From the NCBI GenBank assembly GCA_038230375.1, contig JBBRNJ010000001.1, positions 32,001-96,000 of the forward strand: a stretch of DNA of 64,000 nt, written 5' to 3'. A program made the translations under genes and the position numbers. Below the pieces are notes generated by a model. It had not been told where the DNA came from. It did not search any database and was given only the letters and a program-made list of their open reading frames with translations. Positions 19,078 through 28,115 of the stretch are shown one piece after another (the stretch's first letter is position 1; each line of letters starts with the position of its first letter). This DNA comes from Polyangiales bacterium. Lineage in GTDB: Bacteria > Myxococcota_A > Polyangia > Polyangiales > Polyangiaceae.

Positions 19078-19211
19078 GGGTGAAGAGCGCCTCCGAAGCA
19101 CATGACGTGCAACCTGCATGACATCGCAAGACGGCGACATTGTCCGAGGAATCGCACCAGGAGCCCGGACAAAACGGGGGTCACCCCCTGAACCTCCAGA
19201 CGTCCAGGGGA

Positions 19212-20042
19212 CTAGCTGCACCCCTGACAGGTGCATGCACCTTGCATCTTGCAGACGGCGTCGCAGGTTGCCTTGTCGGGCTCGGCGGCGCTGCCCGTTG
19301 GCGCGCCGTAGACGTCCGCGCACTGCGTGCTGGTCTTGCAGTCCCACACGAGCTTGCAGTTGTTCGCGGGAGGACCTCCGCCGCCGTTTCCCTGCGTCCC
19401 GGTGCACACTCCGGTCGGAGGCAAACACTTGCGACCGGACCCATTGGCGTTCGTGGGATCGCTCGCGCAGCACGAGCCGAGAGGGCAGGAATAACAGAAC
19501 CCCCCGGTGACGCCGCAGCCAACGCCCGGCTGAGGCAGGCATGTCTTGCCACCAGCGGTGTCGTCCGCAGCGGCAGGACAATCCGCGTTGGAGGAGCCCG
19601 GGGTACAACAAGCTTGGCCGATTGGAACGCACGATGGACCGGTGCAGTGATGCGTCCCCTCGGGGCAATCGAAGCTGCCTTCCGGTTTGGCGGATGGAGC
19701 GTTCGTGCAACAGAAGGCCGACGGTGGTCTGTCCGAAAGTGTTCCGCTCGGTGCCGGCGCAATGCACGCATGGGTGGGGTTGGGCTGACATCCGCCACCG
19801 GCGCTGTTGGTGCAGTAGTTTGACGTTTGTCGAGTGCCGTCGTCACAGCACGCAGCGTTGAGCGGCATGCAACCGTTGCCGCACGGATACGTCGTCTTCG
19901 GACATCGCCCCACCAGACCAACGTCCGGGTCGGTCGTCGTGGGGACAGGAGCGGGGAGGAGCGACGAGCACGCCGCCGAGAGCGGAAGCACCAAGAACGC
20001 GGTCGCCGTGACGGCTCCGCAGATCCCCCAACGCTGCCCCAT
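19212..20042 (-). CDS. Cys-rich lipoprotein
   Basis: LSAAC lipobox; many C and CC motifs. Confidence 0.75.
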   Translation of the reverse strand: MGQRWGICGAVTATAFLVLPLSAACSSLLPAPVPTTTDPDVGLVGRCPKTTYPCGNGCMPLNAACCDDGTRQTSNYCTNSAGGGCQPNPTHACIAPAPSGTLSDRPPSAFCCTNAPSAKPEGSFDCPEGTHHCTGPSCVPIGQACCTPGSSNADCPAAADDTAGGKTCLPQPGVGCGVTGGFCYSCPLGSCCASDPTNANGSGRKCLPPTGVCTGTQGNGGGGPPANNCKLVWDCKTSTQCADVYGAPTGSAAEPDKATCDAVCKMQGACTCQGCS

Positions 20043-20118
20043 CCCCCATCGTACCGTCCATGAACGGCGCGGCAACGACCATGTGCAATGCGTTGACTCG
20101 CGACGCGTTCGTCACGGT

Positions 20119-20133
20119 TGTGCCAGTGGCACA
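20119..20133. promoter_or_regulatory. Perfect 7-1-7 palindrome between divergent lipoprotein genes
   Basis: TGTGCCA-G-TGGCACA. Confidence 0.45.
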
Positions 20134-20189
20134 CCTCACCGAATGGCTTGTTTTGCGGCGGACCGTGCGTTTCGTTGGTCTCTCCGACA

Positions 20190-20205
20190 TGGCGCGCTCG
20201 TTGCG
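20190..20205 (+). promoter_or_regulatory. Candidate sigma54 (-24/-12) promoter
   Basis: TGGCGCGCTCGTTGCG fits GG-N10-GC; 12 nt before ATG 20218. Confidence 0.55.
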
Positions 20206-20217
20206 TTGATGTGGGCC

Positions 20218-20925
20218 ATGAGGACGCTCGGCTGGACACTTGGTTTCGCGCTCGTGACGTTGGCCGTGGCCTGCGGTGGCAAGACCGCTGGTGACATCAT
20301 CGGAGGCGGTGGCGGCGGCGGAGCAGGGAACGATGGCGGCGTGAGCGGTTCGGACGGTGGTGGCGGTGGTGGCGACAGTGACGGCGGTAACACGCACGCT
20401 CCGCCGGAGAAGCATCGCGCGGTCGCGGTCGCCTGTGGCGCCAGCAAGGTGCCGCCCGAGCCGAACGTGGACAAGAACAACTTCGCGCCCAACGCCACCT
20501 TCGAGTGCAAGACCAACGAGGAGTGCACGAAGCAGAAGGGTGGGCGCTGCGCGATCATGGAGTGCGGAGGCTTCGGCGGCCCCGCGTGCCAGCCGCAAGG
20601 CACGCGCTGCGACTACGACGCGTGCTCGAGCGATCTCGACTGCACCAACGGCGCCATCTGCGACTGCGGCACCGGCGAAGGCAGCACCAACCGCTGCGTG
20701 AAGAGCGACTGCCGCACGGACGCTGAGTGCGGCTCCGGTGGCTACTGCTCGCCGAGCATCGCAACGTGCAGCGCCCAGATCGAGGGCTACTACTGTCACG
20801 CGACCTCCGACACCTGCGCGAGCGACAGCGACTGCACGGAAAACTTCGGCGGCATGTGCCAGTACACCGGCAATCACTTCGAGTGCGGCGGTGGCGTGTG
20901 CGCGGCGGCTGCCGGCGCGATGTGA
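20218..20925 (+). CDS. Cys-rich lipoprotein with C-x3-D-C type repeats
   Basis: LAVAC lipobox; Gly-rich linker; CSSDLDC, CRTDAEC, CASDSDC repeats. Confidence 0.8.
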   Translation: MRTLGWTLGFALVTLAVACGGKTAGDIIGGGGGGGAGNDGGVSGSDGGGGGGDSDGGNTHAPPEKHRAVAVACGASKVPPEPNVDKNNFAPNATFECKTNEECTKQKGGRCAIMECGGFGGPACQPQGTRCDYDACSSDLDCTNGAICDCGTGEGSTNRCVKSDCRTDAECGSGGYCSPSIATCSAQIEGYYCHATSDTCASDSDCTENFGGMCQYTGNHFECGGGVCAAAAGAM

Positions 20926-20926
20926 G

Positions 20927-21466
20927 CTACATCCGGACGCAGATCATCCCGACGAGCGCGATGTTCGAACACTTTGACAGCATGCCCGTGCACCCGGCGC
21001 CGTTCATGCACTCGTCGGAGCAGTAGAAGGTACCGTTCGTGGGGCCCTCGACGCAGAGCGCGCTCGCGCAGTCGTTGCCCGTCACGCACTTGTCGATCCC
21101 GTTCTTGCCAGTGCCGCGCACGCCCAGGTGACAGAAGCAGCCGGTCGTCTCGTCGCACTCGCAGCGCTCCGCCGTCGGGCAGTCCTTGTTGAAGCTGCAG
21201 ACCTTGTTCGAGCCAGTGGCGTCGAACGCGGCGTCCATCGCGCCCGAGCTGCCGTCCTTGCCACTGCTTCCGCTGCCATCCACGTCGGAGGCGCCGCCGC
21301 CGTCATCCGTGGAAGAAGAGCCGTCCGTGGCGCTGCCGGTGGAGCCATCCGTGACTCCTCCCCCGCCACCACCCGAGTTGCTCTGACCGCACGCGGCTAC
21401 GAGGACCGGGAGGAGCAGGAACGACGAGCACGCGATCGAGCCGAGGAGCACCAGGGGACTGCGCAT
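20927..21466 (-). CDS. Cys-rich lipoprotein
   Basis: VAAC lipobox; Gly/Ser/Asp linker; Cys-rich C-terminal domain; AAGGAG RBS. Confidence 0.8.
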   Translation of the reverse strand: MRSPLVLLGSIACSSFLLLPVLVAACGQSNSGGGGGGVTDGSTGSATDGSSSTDDGGGASDVDGSGSSGKDGSSGAMDAAFDATGSNKVCSFNKDCPTAERCECDETTGCFCHLGVRGTGKNGIDKCVTGNDCASALCVEGPTNGTFYCSDECMNGAGCTGMLSKCSNIALVGMICVRM

Positions 21467-21496
21467 CCGGTCTCCTTACTGGTAAAGACTCCGTCC

Positions 21497-22321
21497 GTGA
21501 AGCACACTCCCCTGTTCGCTGCGGTTGCCCTGCTTGTCCCTGCGTCCCTCGCCGCGGTCTTCGTGGCCTGCTCGTCGTCTTCCACGAGCACTCCGGTTGG
21601 CACCGGAGACGACGCTGGAGACACCGCGACCGACGCGGCCGCCAGCATCGTGGACGTGGGCGCTCCCATTCCCATCCCCGATCTCGATGCAGGTCCCGAT
21701 CTACTCACCGGCTGCGCGCGCGACCCGGGGCCCATCCCGCCGGCGTTCGCCGCCACGTCGAAGAAGGACCCGCTCGCGGGGGCCTTCACGCTGGACCAGG
21801 CAACGGCGGGCTTCCCCGCTGGCACGGGCACGTGGACGGCTGCAATCTACACGGAACTCAAGGGCATCAAATGCACGCTCGACGACAAGGCCGCGCCGAT
21901 CTCGGTCGCGAACTTCATCGGCCTCGCGCGCGGGACACGTCCGTACAAGCAGAAGACCACCTGGCAGATCGGCCGCTTCTACGACGGGCTCACGTGGCAC
22001 CGCGTGATACCGGACTTCGTCATCCAGGGCGGCGACCCGCTCGGCGACGGCACGGGCGGACCGGGCTTCGATCTCACGGCCGAGAACCACATTGCGGAGC
22101 CAAAGGGCACGCTCGCGATGGCAGCCGGTGCGAAGCCAAGCGGCAGCCAGTTCTACGTCGTGGTCGGCATGGGCCCCTCCGCCGACTACAACGTGTTTGG
22201 CACCTGCGATACGCCCGCGGCGATCGCGGTCGCGAACGTGCCGCGCGACATCGAGGGCGGAACGGACATGCCCCTCAGCCCCGTCCACATGTTGCGCGTG
22301 GAGATCGGCCGCTGCCCCTGA
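21497..22321 (+). CDS. Cyclophilin-type peptidyl-prolyl isomerase, lipoprotein
   Basis: APISVANFIGLA, FYDGLTWHRVIPDFVIQGGDP, GTLAMA, SQFY; FVAC lipobox. Confidence 0.88.
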   Translation: MKHTPLFAAVALLVPASLAAVFVACSSSSTSTPVGTGDDAGDTATDAAASIVDVGAPIPIPDLDAGPDLLTGCARDPGPIPPAFAATSKKDPLAGAFTLDQATAGFPAGTGTWTAAIYTELKGIKCTLDDKAAPISVANFIGLARGTRPYKQKTTWQIGRFYDGLTWHRVIPDFVIQGGDPLGDGTGGPGFDLTAENHIAEPKGTLAMAAGAKPSGSQFYVVVGMGPSADYNVFGTCDTPAAIAVANVPRDIEGGTDMPLSPVHMLRVEIGRCP

Positions 22322-22452
22322 GCGCTGTCGCCCCCATGTGACAGGCCGATGACGATGCTGAACGCATGTCATCATCCTGCGAACGCCCCGCGAACTTCGT
22401 CGTAATCATTCATTGCGGCGCGGGCGTGGGCCTGGCAAACCATCTAGTTGGG

Positions 22453-23088
22453 ATGCAGGACGAAAGGGCGACACCAACACTCGGACCACTCCTCGTCGTT
22501 GATGACGATGAAAGCATTGTCCGGGTGCTGTGCCGATTGATCGGCAAGGTCTGTCCTGCGGTGGGCGCGACCACCATCGCCGAGGCGAACGGACACATCG
22601 AGCGCGCGCCCCGCCTGACGGGCCTCATCCTGGACGTCCATCTTCAAGAGGGGTCGGGCTGGGAGGTCCTCGTCACCGCGCGCGCGCGCGATCCGTTGCT
22701 CCCAGCCATGATGCTGACCGGCATGCGGTGGTCCAGTCTGGTCGAACAGGCACGGGAGTTCCACGCGATCCCGTACGAGAAGCCGCTGGAGCCGGGCGAC
22801 GCGGTGCGGTTCGCAGAGACCGCACAGAGGCTCCAGGAGAACGCGCCCGCGCGCATGCGTGGGCTCCTGGAGGAGCTCACCGAGCGATGCAAGCTCACGA
22901 CGGAGGAAGCGGGCGCGGTCGAAGACAGCCTCCTTGTTCGCTCCAGCACGAGCGGCGCGCCCAGCTCCGACGGACCAGCCAGCACGCGCGCACCGAAGAC
23001 CATGACGGCGCATATCCTCTCGAAGACCGGCGCGAAGTCCCTTCGCGACGTGCGCGACTCGCTGCTGCGATCCTACTTCGCGAGCTGA
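22453..23088 (+). CDS. Response regulator (receiver plus degenerate LuxR-like C-terminus)
   Basis: LLVVDDD, LILDVHL, MMLTG, YEKP; C-terminal ILSKTGAKSL. Confidence 0.8.
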   Translation: MQDERATPTLGPLLVVDDDESIVRVLCRLIGKVCPAVGATTIAEANGHIERAPRLTGLILDVHLQEGSGWEVLVTARARDPLLPAMMLTGMRWSSLVEQAREFHAIPYEKPLEPGDAVRFAETAQRLQENAPARMRGLLEELTERCKLTTEEAGAVEDSLLVRSSTSGAPSSDGPASTRAPKTMTAHILSKTGAKSLRDVRDSLLRSYFAS

Positions 23089-23696
23089 GACGCAGCGCCG
23101 GGAACGCACGGAGCAGACAGCTCCGACTTGATGCGCTCTGCTTCCTCGTTCGTGATCTGCGTCGGCCGTGCCGTACCGCCATCGATCAGGACGCGCCACG
23201 CGCCGTCCGCATCCTTCACCCACACGGACTGGAAGAGGCCCTTCATGTAGCGAGAGGTCGCGTTCGGCCGCGGGTCCTCGATGACGTAGGGACCACGCGA
23301 CACCGCCGTGCCCGCGCCCTCCGCGACGACGACGGAGGTGGGATGCCAGCGAAGGAGCACGGACTCCCCCGTGAGGAGTGGCCTCCATTCGGCGAGGACC
23401 GCCTCGCGACCGCGTGTGACGGACTTCTCGCCTTCCACGAACATCGCTTGCGGATGCAGGTGCTCCACGAACGTGCGCTCGTCGTGCGCAGCGACGGATG
23501 CGGCGAACGAAAGCTCACGGCTCCACACGGCGCAGCGTGCGTCCTCGGTGACCGCGGTTTTTGGTGGGCCTGGCGGCACGCTTCCCGTCTCCGTCTTCGG
23601 GCGCTCCGGCGCTTGCGCAGCCCCGCCACACGCAACGAGCGCGAGGGCGAGCGATACGATCAGCGAATGGCGGCTTCGTCTCGCGAGGGCGGTCAC
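23073..23696 (-). CDS. NTF2-like/DUF4440 lipoprotein
   Basis: LVAC lipobox; RGREAVLAEW, SRGPY, FQSVWVK...WRVLIDGG. Confidence 0.8.
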   Translation of the reverse strand: MTALARRSRHSLIVSLALALVACGGAAQAPERPKTETGSVPPGPPKTAVTEDARCAVWSRELSFAASVAAHDERTFVEHLHPQAMFVEGEKSVTRGREAVLAEWRPLLTGESVLLRWHPTSVVVAEGAGTAVSRGPYVIEDPRPNATSRYMKGLFQSVWVKDADGAWRVLIDGGTARPTQITNEEAERIKSELSAPCVPGAASQLAK

Positions 23697-23708
23697 GCAG
23701 CGATGATA

Positions 23709-24797
23709 TCAGGCCGCGGTGAGGGCGGGCGGGGCGCGGTGACGACCCGGCAACGCAAGGCGAAAGAGCTTCTTCACCACGCTCTTGAACTGGCCGAACA
23801 GCGAGCCGGTGTTGTAGCGCAGGCCGTACTTCGCACAGATGACGCGGAGCCGCTTTGCCATGGCCGGATAGCGATGCGCCGGGATGTCCGGGAACATGTG
23901 GTGCTCGATCTGATGCGAGAGGTGCCCCGAGAGGAAGTGCGTCACACGTCCGCCCTCGAAGTTCGCGGAGCCCATGAGCTGCCGCAGGTAGAAGTGCGCG
24001 GTCGACTCGTTCGTGAGGCACGACGGATCGAACGTCTCGGTCCCATCCGGGAAGTGCCCGCAGAAGATGACCGTGAACGACCACACGTTGCGCACCAGGT
24101 TCGCGACCAGATTGCCCAGGAACACGGCCGGCGCGTGTGGTCCCGCGAGCAGCGGGAAGATCACGTAGTCCGGCAGCGCCTGGCGCACGGCCTTCTTGCC
24201 GATCTCGCGCAGCCGGCGCGCCTCGTCCGGGTCGCGCTCCGACTTCTTCTGGAAGATGAAGCGACGCACGTCCACGTCATGCAGGCCCACGCCCAGCTGG
24301 AACGACAGCGCGAGCCACGCTGCGTAGAGCGGCTGCAGCAGATGCCCGGGGTGCCAGGGCTGCTCCTCGCTCACGCGCAGGATCCGGTAGCCCAGGTCGT
24401 GGTCCACGCCGCGCACGTTGGTATATGTATGATGCAAGTAGTTGTGGGAATGCCGCCACTGGTCGCTCGGGCAGATGTGGTCCCACTCGTACGTCTGGGA
24501 GTCCAGGTCCTTCGCGCGCGCGAAGTCGTACTGCCCGTGCAGCACATTGTGACCGATCTCCATGTTCTCGATGATCTTGGCGAGCGACAGGCAAGCCGTT
24601 CCAGCCACCCACGCGGGGGGAAAGAACGAAGCGAAGAGCAGGCCGCGGCCGAGCACGGCCAGCACGCGCTGCGCCCTCATGACGCGGCGGATGTAGCGAA
24701 CATCGGCCTCGCCCAGGTCCGCCTTGACGGAGAGATGAAGCTCCTCGACCTCGCGGCCGAAGGAGTCGAGCTGTTCGGGGGTGAGATTGTGATCCAT
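23709..24797 (-). CDS. Acyl-CoA/fatty acid desaturase (DesA3-like)
   Basis: His boxes HNVLH, HNYLHH, QIEHH; ENMEIGHN. Confidence 0.93.
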   Translation of the reverse strand: MDHNLTPEQLDSFGREVEELHLSVKADLGEADVRYIRRVMRAQRVLAVLGRGLLFASFFPPAWVAGTACLSLAKIIENMEIGHNVLHGQYDFARAKDLDSQTYEWDHICPSDQWRHSHNYLHHTYTNVRGVDHDLGYRILRVSEEQPWHPGHLLQPLYAAWLALSFQLGVGLHDVDVRRFIFQKKSERDPDEARRLREIGKKAVRQALPDYVIFPLLAGPHAPAVFLGNLVANLVRNVWSFTVIFCGHFPDGTETFDPSCLTNESTAHFYLRQLMGSANFEGGRVTHFLSGHLSHQIEHHMFPDIPAHRYPAMAKRLRVICAKYGLRYNTGSLFGQFKSVVKKLFRLALPGRHRAPPALTAA

Positions 24798-24810
24798 GTC
24801 TTGCTCCTGG

Positions 24811-25956
24811 TCAGAGATCGAGCACCACGTTGCCGACGGGTTCGTTCACGCAGATGCGGATGTCCACGTTCGCGTCGGTCGACAGCTCGCCGGTGCGAAT
24901 GTCGCGCGTCACGCCGGACACCTTCCTGCACGTGCAGGAGTGGCAGATGCCCATGCGGCAGCCACTCCTTGGCGTGAGCCCTGCGTCCTCTGCCATGGCG
25001 AGCAGAGTGCGCGAGCCCGTCTGCGTCTTCGCTGCGCGAGCGAATACGACCTCCGGCGCAGGCCCCTCTGCGCCTATCGTCGCGTGCTCTTCCAGGCTGA
25101 AGGCCTCCGCATGGAGTCGCTCGCTCGCGCCCCGCTCCGCATAGAGCGCGGACATGGCGGCAAGCAGCCCCGGAGGTCCACACACGAACGTCTCGCGCTC
25201 TGCGAAATCCGGGACGTGCGCGACGAGGTCCGTGCGGGCATCGCAACGGCCGAATGGCGCGCTGACGGCGCTCGGCTCGTCGTCCGTCCACACCAGGATC
25301 TCGGCGCCCGAAAAGAGCGCGTGCTCCTGGAGCTCCTTCGCAAAGACCACGTCCGCGGAGGTACGTGCATAATACACGAATGTTGCGCCATGGGCCTGGC
25401 CGCGGAGCGCAAGCTCGCGGAGCATTGACATGACTGGCGTGATTCCGCTGCCGCCGCTGACGAAGAGCGGGCGCGACGGCGGCGTCTCCGGCAACACGAA
25501 CGTCCCCTGGGCCTGCGAGATCGCAATGATGGCCCCCCGCTTCTGCCGCCACACGAGCTCAGGTGTCACGGCACCACCCGGCCGCGCCTTGATGGTGATC
25601 TCGATGGTGCGCTTCTCGTCATGGAGGGCCGGCGCGCTCGCGATGGAGAAGCAACGCGTGCGTCGAACGCCGGCGACCTCGGCCTCCACCATGATCCACT
25701 GCCCCGCGCGGTGCCCGCGAAAGAGTCCATTCGGACGCAGGACCAGCGTGGTCGTATCCGCGGTCTCGGGCCGGACAGCAACGACCTCCGCAAGGATCTC
25801 CTTCCGCGACAGGAGCGGAAACACTTCTCGCAGGTAGTCCTCCGCGGACTTCGGGTACACGAGCGGCGCCAGCACCGCCTCGATGAGGCCCAGTGCGCGC
25901 GAGGCTGCGGACGGACGTGTGCTTGTCAGCCCGGACGGGCTTTCAACCTGATGCAT
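24811..25956 (-). CDS. Ferredoxin reductase (FAD/NAD plus 2Fe-2S), desaturase electron donor
   Basis: RCFSIA, GGSGITP, CGP, CRMGICHSC...C. Confidence 0.93.
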   Translation of the reverse strand: MHQVESPSGLTSTRPSAASRALGLIEAVLAPLVYPKSAEDYLREVFPLLSRKEILAEVVAVRPETADTTTLVLRPNGLFRGHRAGQWIMVEAEVAGVRRTRCFSIASAPALHDEKRTIEITIKARPGGAVTPELVWRQKRGAIIAISQAQGTFVLPETPPSRPLFVSGGSGITPVMSMLRELALRGQAHGATFVYYARTSADVVFAKELQEHALFSGAEILVWTDDEPSAVSAPFGRCDARTDLVAHVPDFAERETFVCGPPGLLAAMSALYAERGASERLHAEAFSLEEHATIGAEGPAPEVVFARAAKTQTGSRTLLAMAEDAGLTPRSGCRMGICHSCTCRKVSGVTRDIRTGELSTDANVDIRICVNEPVGNVVLDL

Positions 25957-26024
25957 GACTTCTCCTCCGGACCCGACAGGGCCCGTTCAGACGTGGTTGG
26001 TTTCGCGGCAGGACTCCTTCGGTC

Positions 26025-26762
26025 CTAGCGCTTCTTCGCGTGCTTCTTCTTGCTGAGCGCGGAGGCCGCGCCCGACTCGTTGGCTTTGCGGACTGCGCGC
26101 TCCATCTCCCGCGCGAACATGATCCGCACGGCCTCCAGGCTCACTGGACGTATCTCTTCGTAGGCAACGTTCAGGTCTGGCCCCAGCGCATCTCCGCGCT
26201 TCACGATGAAGTCGGTCAGGTCAGAGGCCAGGCGCGAGAGATGCTTCTTCATCACCTCCGCGGCATCACGGCTCACGTCCGTGGGAACGCCGACCTTCTC
26301 CATCCGGAGCACCAGCGCAAACAGCTGGGGGCTGTCCACCAGGTAGGCGTCGCCGCGGCGCTCGATCACCTTCGCGCGCAGGAGCTCCGCAGCAAGACCA
26401 GGCCTGTGCCCGGCGAGCTGTTCCGCGAGCTCTGTGTCGCTCAGGATCTTCGGACGATCGCCATCCCACGGCTGGGACAGGCGCTCGTGCAGGCCAAGCC
26501 ACTCCTCCACGGAGTACGCGCCCTTCTCGGACTCGGCGAGCACCTCGCGGATCGCCTTGATCTGGAGCCCGCGATCCTGCAGCTTCGCGATCAGCTCCAG
26601 GCGCTCCTTGTGGGCCATTCCGTAGTACGCAACGCGACCGCGGATGTCCGGCTTCGGCAGCGCCCCTGCCGACTGATAGAAGCGGATCGTGCGGCTGGGC
26701 ACCCGCGTGAGCGCGGCCAGCTCGTCGATCGTGTAGCTCGCAGTGGGGTCCGCCTCACTCAT
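26025..26762 (-). CDS. MerR-family regulator heading the desaturase operon
   Basis: YTIDELAALTRVPSRTIRFYQSAGALP; ATG 26762 preferred because the upstream TTG lies inside the -35 box. Confidence 0.9.
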   Translation of the reverse strand: MSEADPTASYTIDELAALTRVPSRTIRFYQSAGALPKPDIRGRVAYYGMAHKERLELIAKLQDRGLQIKAIREVLAESEKGAYSVEEWLGLHERLSQPWDGDRPKILSDTELAEQLAGHRPGLAAELLRAKVIERRGDAYLVDSPQLFALVLRMEKVGVPTDVSRDAAEVMKKHLSRLASDLTDFIVKRGDALGPDLNVAYEEIRPVSLEAVRIMFAREMERAVRKANESGAASALSKKKHAKKR

Positions 26763-26772
26763 GACTGTGCTA

Positions 26773-26801
26773 GTTATAACCGTGACAGTTGCTGCTGTCA
26801 A
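26773..26801 (-). promoter_or_regulatory. Near-consensus sigma70 promoter with overlapping inverted repeat
   Basis: Minus strand TTGACA-N17-TATAAC; TGACAG-N6-CTGTCA at 26783-26800. Confidence 0.8.
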
Positions 26802-26869
26802 CGTTGCCCGGTCTCTTTTCTGCGAAGAAGTGACATGCTCGCCGTCGGGTCCCGCGCGGAGGTGTCGTC

Positions 26870-27283
26870 TTGCATCTGATCAGCTGTGGCGAGTGTCGGC
26901 GACACGTGAAGGCATCTGCAGTGGCGCGTGGCGAGGCATGCCCCTTCTGCGGCTGCGCTGCTTCGGACCAGGCGCGCAGCGAGGCTGCGTCGTTCGCTCC
27001 GGACGCGCGACCGCGTGATCGCTCCGTCTTGCTCTTCGGCGCGGCCGCCATGGCGAGCGCGCTCGCGGTCAGCGCATGTGGAAAAGAGAGCGACGGCCAT
27101 GGCGGCGGCATGGTGATGCCCTACGGCGCACCGATCACGGTCACGCCCGACGCGTCGCCGTCGATGCCCGAGCCCCGCGCCTCTGCGACCAACCCCGAGG
27201 CTCCAAGAGATGCAGGCGCCTCCCCCATGCCGCTGGCGCCCGCGTACGGCGGACCGCCGCCGCAGTCCTCTGGCAAGAAGTGA
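26870..27283 (+). CDS. Small zinc-ribbon / lipoprotein-signal / YGxP-motif protein
   Basis: CGECRRHV...CPFCG, hydrophobic segment ending VSAC, PYGAP and PAYGGPP; GGAGG RBS. Confidence 0.75.
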   Translation: MHLISCGECRRHVKASAVARGEACPFCGCAASDQARSEAASFAPDARPRDRSVLLFGAAAMASALAVSACGKESDGHGGGMVMPYGAPITVTPDASPSMPEPRASATNPEAPRDAGASPMPLAPAYGGPPPQSSGKK

Positions 27284-27286
27284 GCG

Positions 27287-28033
27287 CTACGGAAGCTTCG
27301 CCGGCACCGGAAGCGTGAGGCCCGCACGGACCTCGGTCACGATCTGCGCGGACAGCGCGGTGTCCGCCTGCTCGCACGCGCGCGAGACATCGCCGCTGAT
27401 CGCGCCCTTGCACTCCTTGCCGCGCTTCTTGTACGCAGCCAGGATCTTCGCGTTCTTGAGCAGCGCGTCCCTGGTCTGCGCCTCGTAGATGCGGAACGGG
27501 AGCGGCGCGCCCTTGGGCTGCGGTGGACGCCGCTCCGTGACCTCGCCGTCCTCCAGTGAGTAGCAGTTGCCGTCCCACCGCAGCACGAGCCAGCCCGTAC
27601 CACCGGAGCCGACCACGATGCCGCCAGCCGGTGGCGCACGCCGATGCAGCGCGAGCACCTCTTCGTCGAACGCGAGGCGCGCACGTGCGCTTGCGCCGCC
27701 GTCCGCGTTCCATGCCTCCACGTCGCCCTTCAGGTACATGCGCGTGAACGGTGACTCCTTCGCGAACATCGTGAGCGCGACGTCGAAGAGCGGCGCGTTG
27801 CAGAGCCGCCTCACGAACGCAGGATCCGGAACGCATGGTGTGGCGTCGCCCGCGCACGTCTTCGGAATGCCCGCTGACCTGGGCTCTTGCGCCGTTGCCC
27901 CCTCCGCGAGCGGCGGAACGCCGGCATCCGCGGTCGCGTCCGGACCCGCACTGTCCGTATGTGCGGGCTCCTTTGGGGTGGCCTTGCCGCCGCACGAAGA
28001 GAGCAGCAAGAGGACGATCAGAGCGCGCGTCAT
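27287..28033 (-). CDS. Hypothetical lipoprotein
   Basis: LSSC lipobox; paired Cys residues. Confidence 0.75.
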   Translation of the reverse strand: MTRALIVLLLLSSCGGKATPKEPAHTDSAGPDATADAGVPPLAEGATAQEPRSAGIPKTCAGDATPCVPDPAFVRRLCNAPLFDVALTMFAKESPFTRMYLKGDVEAWNADGGASARARLAFDEEVLALHRRAPPAGGIVVGSGGTGWLVLRWDGNCYSLEDGEVTERRPPQPKGAPLPFRIYEAQTRDALLKNAKILAAYKKRGKECKGAISGDVSRACEQADTALSAQIVTEVRAGLTLPVPAKLP

Positions 28034-28115
28034 GCCTTCGCCTCATCATCGCCGCCGTGGGTCTCGATGAACGCCTGGAGCCTGCTCTTTGTGATTCCGC
28101 GCATCGGATGTTCGC

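Noticed and set aside
19078..19791. N-terminal extension of the FGE-domain ORF
   Set aside because: Out-of-frame overlap with the upstream Cys-rich gene; the signal peptide starts at 19077
22530..24977. 815-aa plus-strand ORF
   Set aside because: Arg/Ala-rich shadow frame of real genes (regulator, NTF2-like, desaturase), typical of high-GC DNA
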